Below are positions 38,831 through 51,589 of a DNA stretch of 64,000 nt, piece by piece. The notes under the pieces are model-generated. The model did not search any database. It was not told where the DNA came from and saw nothing but the letters and a program-made list of their open reading frames with translations. The stretch is from Mobula hypostoma (taxonomy: Eukaryota): positions 36,458,001 through 36,522,000 of the forward strand of contig NC_086097.1 in the NCBI RefSeq assembly GCF_963921235.1, given 5' to 3'. The translations under genes and the position numbers were made by a program. How positions within the stretch are numbered: position 1 is the first letter of the stretch; each line of letters begins with the position of its first letter.

Positions 38831-39536
38831 ACAATGCTCAGACAATATCTTTAATTCAGCATGTAAGATGAAATGGACTCCCCTTTCTATTGAATTAGCT
38901 TAGGAGACTAAAGCATTCTGCAAATAACAGTGGTTTTGGTTCTAAATATTCCTGTATCACATTCACAATAGCAGCAAAGTTCATTTCAGCTGGTTTGGTT
39001 GGAGCAGTTAAACTTCTAGCAAACTGTATGCTTTTCTACCTATTGGTTTTCATTGGCCATTTCACTTGCTTCAAAGTACTGCTCAGTTCATTCTGTATAC
39101 CTCATCTAGTTATCCGTAGTCAGCCTTTTCTACTTAAAAAAAAATTATCACCACCACCAGTACTTACTGTTTATGAACCTGTAACCATACTCAGTGTGTT
39201 AATTTAGTCTGTTTGCTGCCTTTTTTAAAAAAAAACTAAAATGCCCCTCCATCCTGCAGAAGAAAAACGTTCTGCACTTCAATGGGTATGTCATCATCCC
39301 TGGTTCATTTTAAAACTTCCCTGTTACCATTGTTATGGTTTGTAATTCCAGAAATTAATCAGAAGAAAAACATAGGAGCCTAGATATATTTTGTCTACTT
39401 AGTTTTCCTTTAATAAGACATATGGTGGTGTAATATCATATGTTATTCACACACATCTTATATATAACTCATAATGAATTAGGTAAACAAAGAATGCTTA
39501 ATCAAACAATATTACTCAAATATTAAATGCACTACT
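38831..39536 (-). mobile_element. Gypsy copy 2, proximal part: 5' LTR, leader and gag start
   Basis: Reverse complement is homologous to 6664-7500 and joins colinearly to 30062. Confidence 0.78.
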
Positions 39537-39959
39537 GTAGTTGATCCCCTCCCTACCCTCGCAAACAGTACCTACACTTTTTCCTCTCTAGTTCCCCACA
39601 CCCTTTCCTTTATTCCATGATCTAGTGTCTTAACAGATCATTTCTTTTTCAGCCCTTTGCCTTTCCAATTATTATCTCTCAGCTTTAGTATCATTCCTAC
39701 TTCCTGCCCTCCCTCACATTCCTGCTTCCTCGACCACCCCCCACCCCACCGTTCATGCCTGGATTCTCCTAGCACCCACTAGCTCCTGGTCTTCCCCTCC
39801 CCTTTTATTCTGGCTTCTGTCCTCGTCCTTTCCAGTCCCAATGAAGTGTATTGGCCCAAAACTAAAAATAGTTGATTACCCTCCATAGATACAGATTGAC
39901 CTATTGACATCCTTCAGCATTTTGTAATGCTCAGCTGCAACAATCTGGATCAGATACAC

Positions 39960-40046
39960 CAGGGGTCTCCAACCTTTTCTGCAGCGTGGCCCGGTTTAAT
40001 ATTGACAATATTCTTGTGGACTGGCCGACGGGGGTGGGGGTGGGGT
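39960..40046 (+). mobile_element. Left end of a hAT MITE, truncated by a CR1 3' fragment (40047-40285)
   Basis: Starts CAGGGGTCTCCAACCTTTT, similar to the TIR at 14015. Confidence 0.5.
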
Positions 40047-40684
40047 ACATAGGAAGAGAATTAGGCCATTTGGTCAATCAGGTCTGCTCTGCCATTCTAT
40101 CATGGCTGATTTATTATCCTTCTGAACCCCATTCTACTGCCTTCAACCCACAAACTTTGACACCCTGAATAATCAAGAACCTATCAACCTCCACTGTCAA
40201 CATACCCAATGACTTAGCCTCCACAGTCATCTGTGGCAATAAATTTCACTGATTTATCATCCTGTGGCTAAAGAAATTTCTCCACAAAGCTTTGAAATTT
40301 ACCTGCAATAATGAAAAATGTCACCCCTTGTAAACTACTGGGAATCACAAGTACTCCTTCAATGACAGCATGTTGGCAACCAGGTAGTACTTTCAACCAT
40401 TGCTTTCCTCTGACGTTATTTTCTTTGATGGATTCCATTTCATTAAAATAAGTAGTGGCCAGAGATCCTGTAATTAGGCTGGAGGACTAAATAACTAGTC
40501 GTTTTTACCTATGGTTTATTTCATCATTTAATATTCTCCAGGCTTATAATTCGCTGTCAACCATCTGACCTTCAATATTTAATTTAAATATTGTCCACAA
40601 CTTTCATTCTTTCTTATCACACTTCAAATGTGTCAGTCAATCACAGCTAAAAGTAGAACACCTGTCTGATCTATTACAATTCAG

Positions 40685-41310
40685 AAATAGAGTCAGAGTG
40701 GTACAGCACAGAAACAGGCCCTTCACCCCATCCAGCCTGTGCCAGACTATTGTTTTGCCTATTCCCATTGCCTTGCACCTGGACCATAGTCCTGCTTCCC
40801 CTCCCCCACCCCGTTTTCTTTCCCCTTACTGGTTTTTCACCTGGAACCTACCAGCCTTCTCCTTCCCACCTTCCCCCCACCTTCTTTATAGGGCCTCCGC
40901 CCCTTCCCTCTACAGTCCTGACGAAAGGTTCCGGCCCAAAACGTTGACTGATCGTTTCCACGGATGCTGCCCGACCTGCTGAGTTCCTCCAGCGTGTTGT
41001 GAGTGTTGCTTTGACCCCAGCATCTGCAGAATATTTTGTGTTTACCATAGTTCTCCATACCTCTCCTATCCATGTACTTACCCAAATGTCTCTGAAATGT
41101 TGAAATTAAACTTGCATCCACCACTTCCATTGGCAGCTCATTCCACTCTCACCACCTTTTCAGTGAAGCTGCCCCTCAGGTTCCCCTTATATACTTCACC
41201 TTTCACCCTTAACCTATGATCTCTATTTCTAGTCTCTCTCAACCTCAGTGGGGAAAAAACCCTGCTTGCATTTACTCTATATACAATATACTCCTCATAA
41301 TTTTTCATAT
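40685..41310 (-). mobile_element. CR1 3' fragment interrupted by a Penelope fragment
   Basis: Homologous to 30066-30400. Confidence 0.75.
40791..41043 (+). mobile_element. Penelope-like terminal fragment
   Basis: TSD ACCATAGT (40783-40790, 41044-41051). Matches the reverse complement of 56800-57010. Decayed hammerhead at 40914-40949. Confidence 0.85.
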
Positions 41311-41577
41311 GTTTTATTTGTATAAAATGTTTTAATTTTATATATGGCCTCAATTCAGTTTCAATTTCAACTTGTATTTTTTCATTTGCATAAAGCTACT
41401 CTAGCTTTTAGTATGGCAACATGAATTAAAAGAAATGTTATTTAAAATGTTCACAGGGTCAAACTTGCACTGAGGCTGTGAGAAAAATAGGGATTTCATG
41501 GTTTGATTTTTCCACTTCATGCTTGTGTTGAACTGCCTCGGCCCCACAGACTTGATGAATATAGAAACAGTTTGCCT

Positions 41578-42706
41578 GATCATGCCATGGCAGTGGAGAG
41601 AGGAAAAGCTGAATCAATATCAATATCAATACATACAAAATGCTGGAAGAACTTAGTGGGTCAGGCAGCATCCATGGTGGAAAATGAACAGTCGAAGCTT
41701 CAGATTGAGACTCCCGAAAGACAATAAACTTGAACTTGAACTACATCAAGACTGCTTAAGTTCTTGGCCCAAAATTTAGTCGGCTCCATCTTGGGTACTA
41801 GCCTACAAAGTACCCAGGACATCTTCAAGGATCAATGTCTCAGAAAGGCAGCATCAATTATCAAGGACCTCCAGCACCCAAGGCATGCACTTTTCTCACT
41901 GTTATCATCAGGTAGGAGGTACAGAAGCCTGAAGGCACACACTCAGCGATTCAGGAACAGCTTCTTCCCCTCTGCTATCCGATTTCTAAATGGACATTGA
42001 ACCCGTGAACACTACCTCACTTTTTTTAATATATGTTTTTTCTGTTTTGTGCACAATTTTTAATCTATTCAATATACATATACTGTAATTGATTTATTTA
42101 TTATTATTTTGTTTTTTCCTTCTATATTATATATTGCATTGAACTGCTGCTGCAAAGTTAACAAATTTCACGTCACATGCCTGTGATAATAAACCTGATT
42201 CTGATTCTTTTCAGAATACCAGTGTTTCAGTGTATAGGGGAATGTTCTGTTGCCTGTCACTTCCATTGTCACTCACATTCTCAAACCGTGACCTCTTTTA
42301 CTGTTGTAAATGATACTCAAAGCAAACTAAGAACAAAATCTCATCTTCTGTCTGGGGTGTGTTCCAGTGTTCTGGAGTCAATAATCAAATTCTACAACTT
42401 AAGTTTGTAGAATATTCTGAACTCACTTTCTCTGCGATACTAGATGAACACAGGCAAAATGCTGGAGGAACTCAAGGTATCAGACCACATCTATGAAGAA
42501 GACTGAACTGCTTGCATTTCGGAGCAGGAGCTTAAGCAGTCTTATGCAGTTCAAGTTTATTGTCTTTCAGGAGTCTCAACCTGAATCTTCGGCTGCTCAT
42601 TTTCTGCCATGGATGCTGCCTGACCTACTAAGTTCCTCCAGTATTTTGTATGTGTTGATATTGATATTGATTCAGCTTTTCCTCTCTCCACTGGCACAGC
42701 ATGATC
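41578..42706. repeat. ~185-bp inverted duplication (41578-41764 / 42527-42706)
   Basis: GAGAGAGGAAAAGCTGAATCAATATCAATATCAA...AAGACTGCTTAAG occurs once on each strand. Confidence 0.9.
41765..42207 (+). mobile_element. Rex1/Babar-type LINE 3' end
   Basis: [12 protein letters not shown]...SGRRYRSLKAHTQRFRNSFFPSAIRFLN; tail AATAAACCTGATTCTGATTCT. Confidence 0.85.
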
Positions 42707-42939
42707 TCACTGTTTCAGATACCTTTTCCTCTATACTCGCTTTATAACTGTCCTCCTTGTCTCGCTATCTTCATTTTTTCCTTTCCCTCCCCCCGCCCAC
42801 TGTTCACTGAATGGCCCCATTAATCCATCATCCAACTGATCTCCATGGCAACCCATGCCTCACCATTGACTATCCATCTCTTCCCCACCTTTGAAACCTA
42901 AAACCAACTTATTTTTATTCTTGTGGTAATGCCCCAGAC

Positions 42940-43450
42940 CCACTTCACCATTCTCCGTTCCCATTTCCCTCTCACCTTATCTCCTTACCAGCCTATTACC
43001 AGCCTCACTCTGGTGCTCCTCTTCCTTTCCTTTCTTCCATGGCCTTCTGTCTTCTCCTATTAGGTTCCCCCTTCTCCAGCCCTGTATCTCTTTCACCAAT
43101 CAACTTTCCAGATCTTTACTTCACCCCTCCCCCCACCTATTATCTTGTGCTTCTCCCTCACCTTCCCCTCCCCACTTTCTTACACTGACTCCTCATCTTT
43201 TTATCCCAGTCCTGATGAAGGGTCTTGGCCCAACACATCAACTATACTCTTTTCCATAGATGCTGCCTGGCCTGCTGAGTTCCTCCAGCATTTTGTGTCT
43301 GTTGCTTATATTTATTCATTCCTACTTCTGACAAAGGAACTTCAACCTGAAACGTTTGGCTCTGTTTCTCTTTTCATAGATACTGTTTGACATGTTATGT
43401 TTCTCCAGCATTTTGTGTTCTTATTTTAGATTTCTAACACCTGTAGTTTT
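42940..43450 (+). mobile_element. Older Penelope-like 3' UTR / pseudo-LTR fragments in tandem
   Basis: Pyrimidine tract, then agtcctgatgaagggtcttggccc...gatgctgcctggcctgctgagttcctccagc, and a second decayed unit. Confidence 0.7.
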
Positions 43451-46205
43451 ATGGATTTTCATGCCATCCATATCTTCATAATGCCAACACTGGAATATAG
43501 TGTGAGTGCGAATATAAACCCATTGTTCTTTTAGTCCACAATACCTAGAACAATATATTCAACCAAAGGAAAGAGGCAGCGAGAGAGAAAAAAAATCATA
43601 GATACAAGTTAATTGAGGATTTTGTTAGAGCATATTCTGTACATAGCAAAATATTAACTTCAGTCACCAAACTTCAGATCCGAATGTGGACTGTAGATTA
43701 AATTTAAAATGCAGCTCTGGACAATGAGTTTCTAAGAGCCGTGAACCACAATTAATTGGAAGAGCATACAATGCTGATTTAAAATTCATTTAGACAAGGA
43801 ATTCTGCAGATGCTGGAAATTCAAGCAACACACATCAAATTTGCTGGTGAACGCAGCAGACCTATACGAAGGGTCCTGGTGAAGGGTCTCAGCCCGAAAC
43901 GTCGACTGTACCTTAAAATTCATTTGGTGTCTATAGTGTGGATACGAAAAAGGAGGTATGAAAGTTATACATAATTCAAAGGAAAGCATTGTAGATACAT
44001 TGTAAATATAGAATTGCCCTTTAATCTTTAGCATATAAAATATCATTATGTTGTTCGGCCGAACAGGCCTCTTCCTCCAAAAGGGTCTCTATATGATGCC
44101 TGCTGTGCTTCATTCATTTTGTCAAGTAAAGAGACTACTTCATACTTACCAGCTACTTCTCTCTGGTGACATTGCTCACACACCAGAGTTTATGACAAAC
44201 CTCTAATCAAACAATACTCAGACACTTATTGAGCCATCAACTTTGTGCCACCTCAAATAGGATCTTTGACCATTTTATGAGTGTGTATGGTTTAGATATG
44301 AATTTCCTTCTATATTTGGATTGCAGCTTGGCTGACTTCATGGTGGCAAATCCTGGATTACCACACTCTTTAACAGAGCTGGTTTGTCATTCGATACCTA
44401 CTCCAGACAAGCTCCTTTCCATAATCTTTGGAGTCAGACTATATTCTGTTTTCCGTGCTTGGAATCTGGCAGACAATAATTCCCACTGGTTAAAGTGTCT
44501 CAGATGCACATTAGTCCTTCATGTATAAATCAGTTAACCCTGAGATCTAGCTACAGAGATAATGACAGCAGCAATGTTAATGTAGCACATTCTGATCTAA
44601 AACAAATCCTTAACTAACATCATAAAACATTGCACAAGAAATAAAACTTAATAATTTCATAAGGAGATACTAGGATAAGGGAGGTAGGTTCAAGGAGGGA
44701 CTTCAGATTCCAGGCTTGTGAGTGTTTATTGATAGGGTATCGTGGTAGGTTTACTAAAATTTATGTGGAGAGTGCTTTAAAATACTAGCCATTATATTTG
44801 CTTATTGTGGATTTATCTTCCAGTACAGACAATGAATTACAAGCAGACACAATGAAACACAGAGCCAAAACCAAGCAAAGACATATTCTTGAAGTGAATT
44901 TATAACTATTGAATTATCAGTGGTTTTTCCATTCTATATCAGATCAGGTTCTGAAATCATCAGTTTGCAGGGGTTATGGATCCAATTGCATCTTACCCAA
45001 ATACCCATTATTCACAGTCATCTAAAGAGTAAATAATAGCAAGCCATTCTGCATCTTTCCCTCAACCTGAATCTCTTACACGTGCTTGAACCCTCCCCAT
45101 CTCCATGACCACTGATCTGCACTTCCTGTCTACCACCACCACCGGACTGCATCTCATTATCAGGGAAGGACTGCCTCTTATGAGTGTGCTGTTCCATCTC
45201 CACAACCACTTGTTAAATGTATACAGGCAGCGAATGGAGGGATATAGACCATGTGCAGGAAGATGGGATTAGATTGGCACAAACATCGTGGACTAAAGAA
45301 CTTGTTCCTGTGCTGTTGCACGTTCTATGTTCTAAGGACTTTTACTTTAACGAATTTCTTTCTTTCTCATTTTAATCAGTAGGTTTCCCCTCTTCTAAGA
45401 TCCCTTCTGATTTGCATAGGAATACAGGGAAATGAAAAAAACCCTCATTAACCCAGAAGTTATTTGGATAAAATGTTTCTCAGTCCATTTGGCTAGCTTA
45501 GCCTTACAGCAGGCCTAAACTGTAAAAAAAAACTGAGAAAAGGCATAAAACTTTTCACTGTTTTAGGCCTCTGATTTACTGTGGGAAGATAACAATTATA
45601 AGAAGAGTTACATTCATAAAATTTCTTCAAAAGATATGTATAGAGAATCTTTACTTTGACAAATATATCAAGTTATTTAAAATAATGATTTAAGCATTTC
45701 AGGCATCTTAATCCAAAGGGTAAAACCCTATCTTATCAGCTCTCAATAGGATTATGTCCACAAATAAAGGCAGCCAGAGGATATTCAATGAACTGACCTG
45801 GTTAAAAAAATCTCTTCGATGTGTAGAGAGGTCTGTCCAAGGTGATCTAGCTCCCATCATTCACTGGTTAGAACTCCAAACTGTTTACTCATTACAAAAT
45901 ACAACGACATTTAATTGCTGCAATCCAATAAACAGACTGTGATTTGTACAAATATTGTATTGCACGAACAGAGAGAGGAAAATAGCCACAAATTACACTT
46001 TTGTGCAAATTAGTGAATGCCAGGTGGTTTAAATCTCTGATCAGAACTGTATTGATTACAACTGTTCATTCTAGGGAATTAAGGATAATTAAGAGGGATA
46101 AGAGGCTCTCCTAATTCTCATGTGTGACATTGATGCATGCCTATTGATGGCGAGTGAGGGTGTAATTAAAGTCAACTACAAAGCACCACAATTGATATTA
46201 TTCAT

Positions 46206-46425
46206 GCAAACACGAGGAAATCTGCAGATGCTGGAAATTCAAGCAACACACATAAAAGTTGCTGGTGAACGCAGCAGGCCAGGCAGCATCTCTAGGAAGA
46301 GGTACAGTCGACGTTTCAGGCCGAGACTCATCAGGACAAAGACGAAGGGGCTCGGCCCGAAACGTCGACTGTACCGCTTCCTAGAGATGCTGCCTGGCCT
46401 GCTGCGTTCACCAGCAACTTTTATG
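46206..46425. mobile_element. Palindromic Penelope-derived mini-element
   Basis: TSD TGATATTATTCAT (46193-46205, 46426-46438). ~77-bp inverted arms at 46249-46325 and 46351-46427. Confidence 0.92.
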
Positions 46426-47379
46426 TGATATTATTCATTGCTGCTCGCACTTTATACTTCCCCTTCAAAGCAAAGTATCAGGGCCCTCCAACTAACTAAA
46501 CAACAGGAAGATACTCTTTTCTCCACCCCTACAATAAAATGCTTTACAGACAATGAAGTACTCTTTGAAGTGTAGACGCTATCATAAATCAATAGCTCCA
46601 GGAGACGAGGTGTGAAGAGCAGGAGTGAGGAGAGAATAATGTAGGTGATACCCTTTAATTGTCCAACATGTGACCATGTTACAATACAGTGTGTTACTGT
46701 GATAACCTTAGCTGATTTCTACTCTCTACTTTTTCCCTGACAAAACTGCAAAAGGTGTGTATAAACACAAGGAAATCAAAAGCAGCACATGCAAAATGCT
46801 GGAGGAACTCAGCAGGTCAGGCAGGATCTATGGAAATGAATAAATGTTTGACGTTTCAGCACAGATTCTTCTTCAGGACTGAAATGAAATGGGGAGATAC
46901 CAGAATAAGATATATGTCGTGCCCCACACATAGAAGTTGCTGGTCAACGCAGCAGGCCAGGCAGCATCTCTAGGAAAAGGTACAGTCGACGTTTTGGGCT
47001 GAGACCCTTCGTCAGGACTAACTGAAAGAAGAGCTAGAAAGAGATTTGAAAGTGAGAGGGGGAAGGGGAGATCTGAAATGATAGGAGAAGACAGGTTTCC
47101 CACTCCTGTGGGAAGGGATGGAACTCCCTACGTGCCCCCCCCTGCTTTCCGCAGGGATCGCTCCCTACGCAATCCCACTGCTAAGCACATCTTTCCCTCA
47201 CCCCTCTTTCTTGTTTCCACAGGGATCGCTCCCTACGCGACTCCCTTGTCCATTCGTATCACCCATCCCTCTCTACCGATCTCCCTCCCGGCACTTATTC
47301 TTGTAAGTGGAACAAGTGCTACACATGCCCTTACACTTCCTCCCTTACCACCATTCAGGGCCCCAGACAGTCCTTCCAG

Positions 47380-47706
47380 GTGAGGCAACACTTCACCTGT
47401 GAGTCGGCTGGTGTGATATACTGCGTCCGGTGCTCCCGATGCGGCCTTCTATATGTTGCCAAGATCCGACGCAGGCTGGGAGACCGTTTCGCTGAACACC
47501 TACGCTCTGTCTGCCAGAGAAAGCCGTGTCTCCCAGTGGCCACACATTTTAATTCCACGTTCCATTCCCATTCTGATATGTCTATCCACGGCCCCCTCTA
47601 CTGTAAAGATGAAGCCACACACAGGTTGGAGGAACAGCACCTTATATTCCATCTGGGTAGCCTCCAACCCGATGGCATGAACATTGACTTCTCTAACTTC
47701 CGTTAA
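47380..47706 (+). CDS. Penelope GIY-YIG endonuclease domain (partial, mutated)
   Basis: FTCESAGVIYCVRCSRCGLLYVA...RLGDRFAEH...HFN...EQHLI...GMN. Confidence 0.85.
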   Translation: MRQHFTCESAGVIYCVRCSRCGLLYVAKIRRRLGDRFAEHLRSVCQRKPCLPVATHFNSTFHSHSDMSIHGPLYCKDEATHRLEEQHLIFHLGSLQPDGMNIDFSNFR

Positions 47707-48004
47707 CGCCCCACCTTCCCTTCGTACCCCATCCCTTATTTATTTATTTGTTTGTTTGTTTTCCATTTTTTCCCTCTCTTTTTTCTCCCTCTGTCCCCCT
47801 CACTATAACTCCTTGCCCGTCCTCTGGTGCTCCCCTCCCCCTTTCCTTCTCCCTAGGCCTCTCCCTTCTCCAGCTTCATATCCCTTTTGCCAATCACCGG
47901 TCCAGTTCTTGGCTCCATCTCTCCCCCTCCTGTCTTCTCCTGTCATTTCGGATCTCCCACTCCCCCTCCCACTTTCAAATCTCTTACTAGCTCTTCTTTC
48001 AGTT

Positions 48005-48040
48005 AGTCCTGACGAAGGGTCTCGGCCTGAAACGTCGGCT
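48005..48040 (+). ncRNA. Minimal type-I hammerhead ribozyme motif (best-preserved copy)
   Basis: AGTC-CTGACGA-A-GGGTC-TC-GGCCT-GAAA-CG-TC-GGCT gives stem I, the CUGANGA core, stem II, GAAA, palindromic ACGT and a GUC cleavage triplet. Confidence 0.75.
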
Positions 48041-48724
48041 GTACCTCTTCCTAGAGATGCTGCCTGACCTGCTGTGTTCACCAGCATTTTTTGTGTGTGT
48101 CCATTGAATGTCCTATTCTGAGAACTGTTTGAGTCTTTAATACCTGAGGAGAGTTAATACCCCTGGAGATAAGTGAGGGCATGACTAAAGTCAATGAGAA
48201 AGTACTACATGTGCAGTAGGTATTTAATCCAGTGTGAATTTTTCAGGAAGCTGATTTGATCTATCTTTTCAGATGATTTATCACTCACCTCAGCTTGTGG
48301 CATGTTCCAACAACCAGAGGAGAACCTCAAAATGTGAGTTAACATGTAAAACATGTAAATACCTGCTCTTATTTGTCATTGAAAATTAGAGGACACTCCC
48401 AGGAGCTTGTTACATACAGGAGTTATTATATAACAGTCAGGATAGCCTGACCTTCTTAATTTGCTATCCCAGGCCCTTTGAGACACATAGCAATGCTCCT
48501 TACATTTGCATTTCTGAGATAGCTGGATCTGATACTAAGGAGTGAGGTGGGCCCGACGAATCATGAAGGGAGTGGAAGAATACTGATCATACAGAGGAGG
48601 AGGACATTTCGTATAAATTGGCATCAAGATCAGCACAACGTCGTGAAACAAATGGCTGGTCCAATGCTGCAAAGTTCTATGTTCTATATCTAAATATCTG
48701 TGGGAAATAATTTATGAAAACACA

Positions 48725-49365
48725 TTAGCCTTCATAAATCAAAGCATTGAGTACAGGAGATGGGATGTGATATTGAAGTTGTATAAGATGTTGGTGAGGC
48801 CTAATTTGAAGCATTGTCTGCAGTTGAAGTCACCTGCCTACAGGAAGGCTGTAAGTAAGGTTGTAAGAGTTTAGAGAAAACTTACAAAGATGCTGCCAGG
48901 ATTGCAGGACCTGAGTTATAAGGAAAGACTGAATAGGTTAGGATTTTATTCCTTGGAATGTAGAAGATTGAGGGGAGATTTGATAGAGATATACAAATTA
49001 TGAAGAGCATAGATAGGGTAAATGCAAGCAGGCTTTGTGCACTAAGGTTGGATGGAACTACAACCAGAGGTCATGTGATAAGGGTGAAAGGTGAAAAGAT
49101 TAAATGGATCATAAGGGTAAACTTCTTCACTCCGAGGGTCATGAGAGTTTGTAATGAGCTGCCAGCATACGTGGTGAATGTGGGGTCATTTTTAACATTT
49201 AATAGAAGTTTGTGTAGGTAAATGGACTGTAGGGCTATGGAGGGCTCTGGTCCCGGTGCTGGTCGATGGGAGTAGGCAGTTTAAATGGTAGGTCACAGAC
49301 TAGATGGGCTGAAAGCCTGTTTCTGTGCTGTACTTTTCTATGACTCCATAACTCTAACTCTTAGG
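48725..49365 (+). mobile_element. CR1 3' fragment
   Basis: Homologous to 20270-20880. Confidence 0.85.
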
Positions 49366-49469
49366 TAAGTGTGATAATTGTATCATAAACGTCGAATGAC
49401 AGTGGAAAAGAACATGGGAGGGTCATTCTAAACTAGAAGAAGGCTAACTTCAGTGGAATGGGAAATGCG

Positions 49470-50122
49470 CGTGGCCACTTCGGTGATGAATATCTGTTAT
49501 TTGTCAGGTAGGGGACCATGCACAATCCTGATTTGATGGAGACAGACGTGAGAGCACAGCGGAACATCTGGAAAACTTCTGAAATGCCCGCTTTGCTACC
49601 GCTGCCACTGTGTGGTAACCAGAATCTCTGGAGCTGAAGGCCCTGAAATCCTCAGCTTTGGGTGTTTCAGCAGCCGGGGCGAGGTCGAAGCCACTTGGCA
49701 GAGGATGGCGCTCAGGAGGTTGTATTGGAGAGGCTGGTCAGAAGCTCGGAGTTTTCGGACGGATGGACTCAGGGTCGGCTGGGGTCAGCTGCTTCCAAGG
49801 TATCAGCAAGTTTGACGGTGCCTGGAGGTTCATGGCAGGGAGTTTCTCCCTTTTGCCGCCTGCTATCAGGGACTCGGGAGTCGATCGACTCGGGGACTTT
49901 AAGACTTTTTTTTAACCGTGCCTATGGTCTGTTCTTTATCAAATTATGGTAGTGCTTTGCACTGCTGTAACTATATGTCATAGTTATGTTTTTCTGTCAG
50001 AGTTAGTCTTTGGTCTGTCTTGTTTTCTGTGATATCACTCTGCATTGTATCATTTCTTAATGCATGTATGCATTTCTAAATGACATAAAAGAGGACTGAG
50101 TGTTCTCATAATCTAATCTAAT
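49470..50122 (+). mobile_element. Probable non-autonomous retroposon with an (ATCTA)n tail
   Basis: GC/CpG-rich 5' part, T-rich 3' part and terminal ATAATCTAATCTAA. No recognisable ORF. Confidence 0.5.
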
Positions 50123-51589
50123 TCTTTAAAAGAGCACCAGGTTAAATGTAATAAGCTGAGACATGAGCTGAAGAAAACATGACCAGGAATAAGAGACTAT
50201 GGGTCAATGAGAAAATGATGAATGGACCCCAAAAATCTTCTACTGGCATGTGAACAGTAAACTCGTTGTAAAAAGCATGTGAGTCCGCTCAGCAGCATGA
50301 ATGACAGAATGACTTCATTTTGTGCTTTATGACTCCAAGACTTCCCGCTACTCTGCAGAGGGTGTTATTTTGTGGCCTTCTCCAGCATAATTGCAAAAAG
50401 AAATCAGGGAATTGGCAAGATCTGTGGGCATTTGCAATGCATTCTTGGTATAAACTGATCTAAAAACATTACTTTGTTGCATAAGGAATGATTTATTTCA
50501 GTAATAAATTATAAATTATTATCAATTATAAACTAGTAATTATTTTTATGTTTGTCAGCTGTGATTCCCTCAGATTCTAAATTTATAGAGGTTTACCTTT
50601 ACTTTTTAAAATTAAAGGTTTATGATATTTCAGCTTCTCTCTTAATCTTACATGCGACTCAGAAATTTATATTTAGTGGTCCATAAAATATTTAAAATCA
50701 AATATATCTTCTACTCTGGATTGATGTCTATTCAAATTTCCCCACATCATTGGCTGCTAAACTAGTTTCTTGTTTTGAAGTCTGTAGAGTGCTTTTGGTG
50801 TGGGAATACTGTTCCATCTGTGAACAACATTAGGACATCCAACACATTTGCCTTTTGCTGTGAATCGAGACAAACATTTCCTTTCCACATGAGTGGCAGA
50901 GCAGAGCAGTTCTCTGAAGGTGTGAGAGGGGTAATTAAATAAGGCCTGTCATTACTACAATTATCAGATCAAATATCAGGCCTGATGTTGAAATCAAGAC
51001 TCCAAAGGAATGTGTTTATGATGCAATCTGTACCCTTCCCTTTCTGTATACATATTACACATAGTCCTGTGACTGTTCTCGTTGTGTTGAAATCAGGGCT
51101 AACCTCTCAGTATCTTACAGTACTGTTGTTTTTTATCTAAGCAACAACTTGTAAAGCCAAAACAATGTAGGCTCAGAAAATCAGAAATAAAAGTAGCAAC
51201 TATATAAATCATGACAAGCTATTATCCGTGGAAAAGAAACAGATAAGATTTTAGATTGAAGACTTTTCATTTTCTCTCAGTGCAGATGCTGTCTAATTTT
51301 TGGAACATTTCTGTCTTGTTCTGCTTTTAAGAAGAAATTTGCACAGAAGCTGTCATGAGTCAAAAAAAGCCGCAAAGGATTTCACAGGGGCAATTTCAAA
51401 TAAATATAGACACTGAACCAAAGGGCTTAAGTGTGGAGTGGCTTAAATGAAAAAAAATGTTTGAGAGGCAATAAAGAGCTCAGAAATGGCAGTGATTCTG
51501 CTTTCGAATGATCTGAAACAAATTAATAAAAACAGAGTGAAGAACAGGAGAGCCGAACATATAGTACCTACATGTCCCTACATGTATAA

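Larger units (their letters stand above)
46925..48098 (+). mobile_element. 5'-truncated Penelope-like element with inverted terminal segment
   Basis: 46925-47095 is an inverted copy of the 3' end (~47933-48098). GIY-YIG ORF lies between them. Confidence 0.92.

Noticed and set aside
47380..47706. Stand-alone homing or repair nuclease
   Set aside because: The context (terminal repeats, inverted end, hammerhead) is that of a Penelope element.
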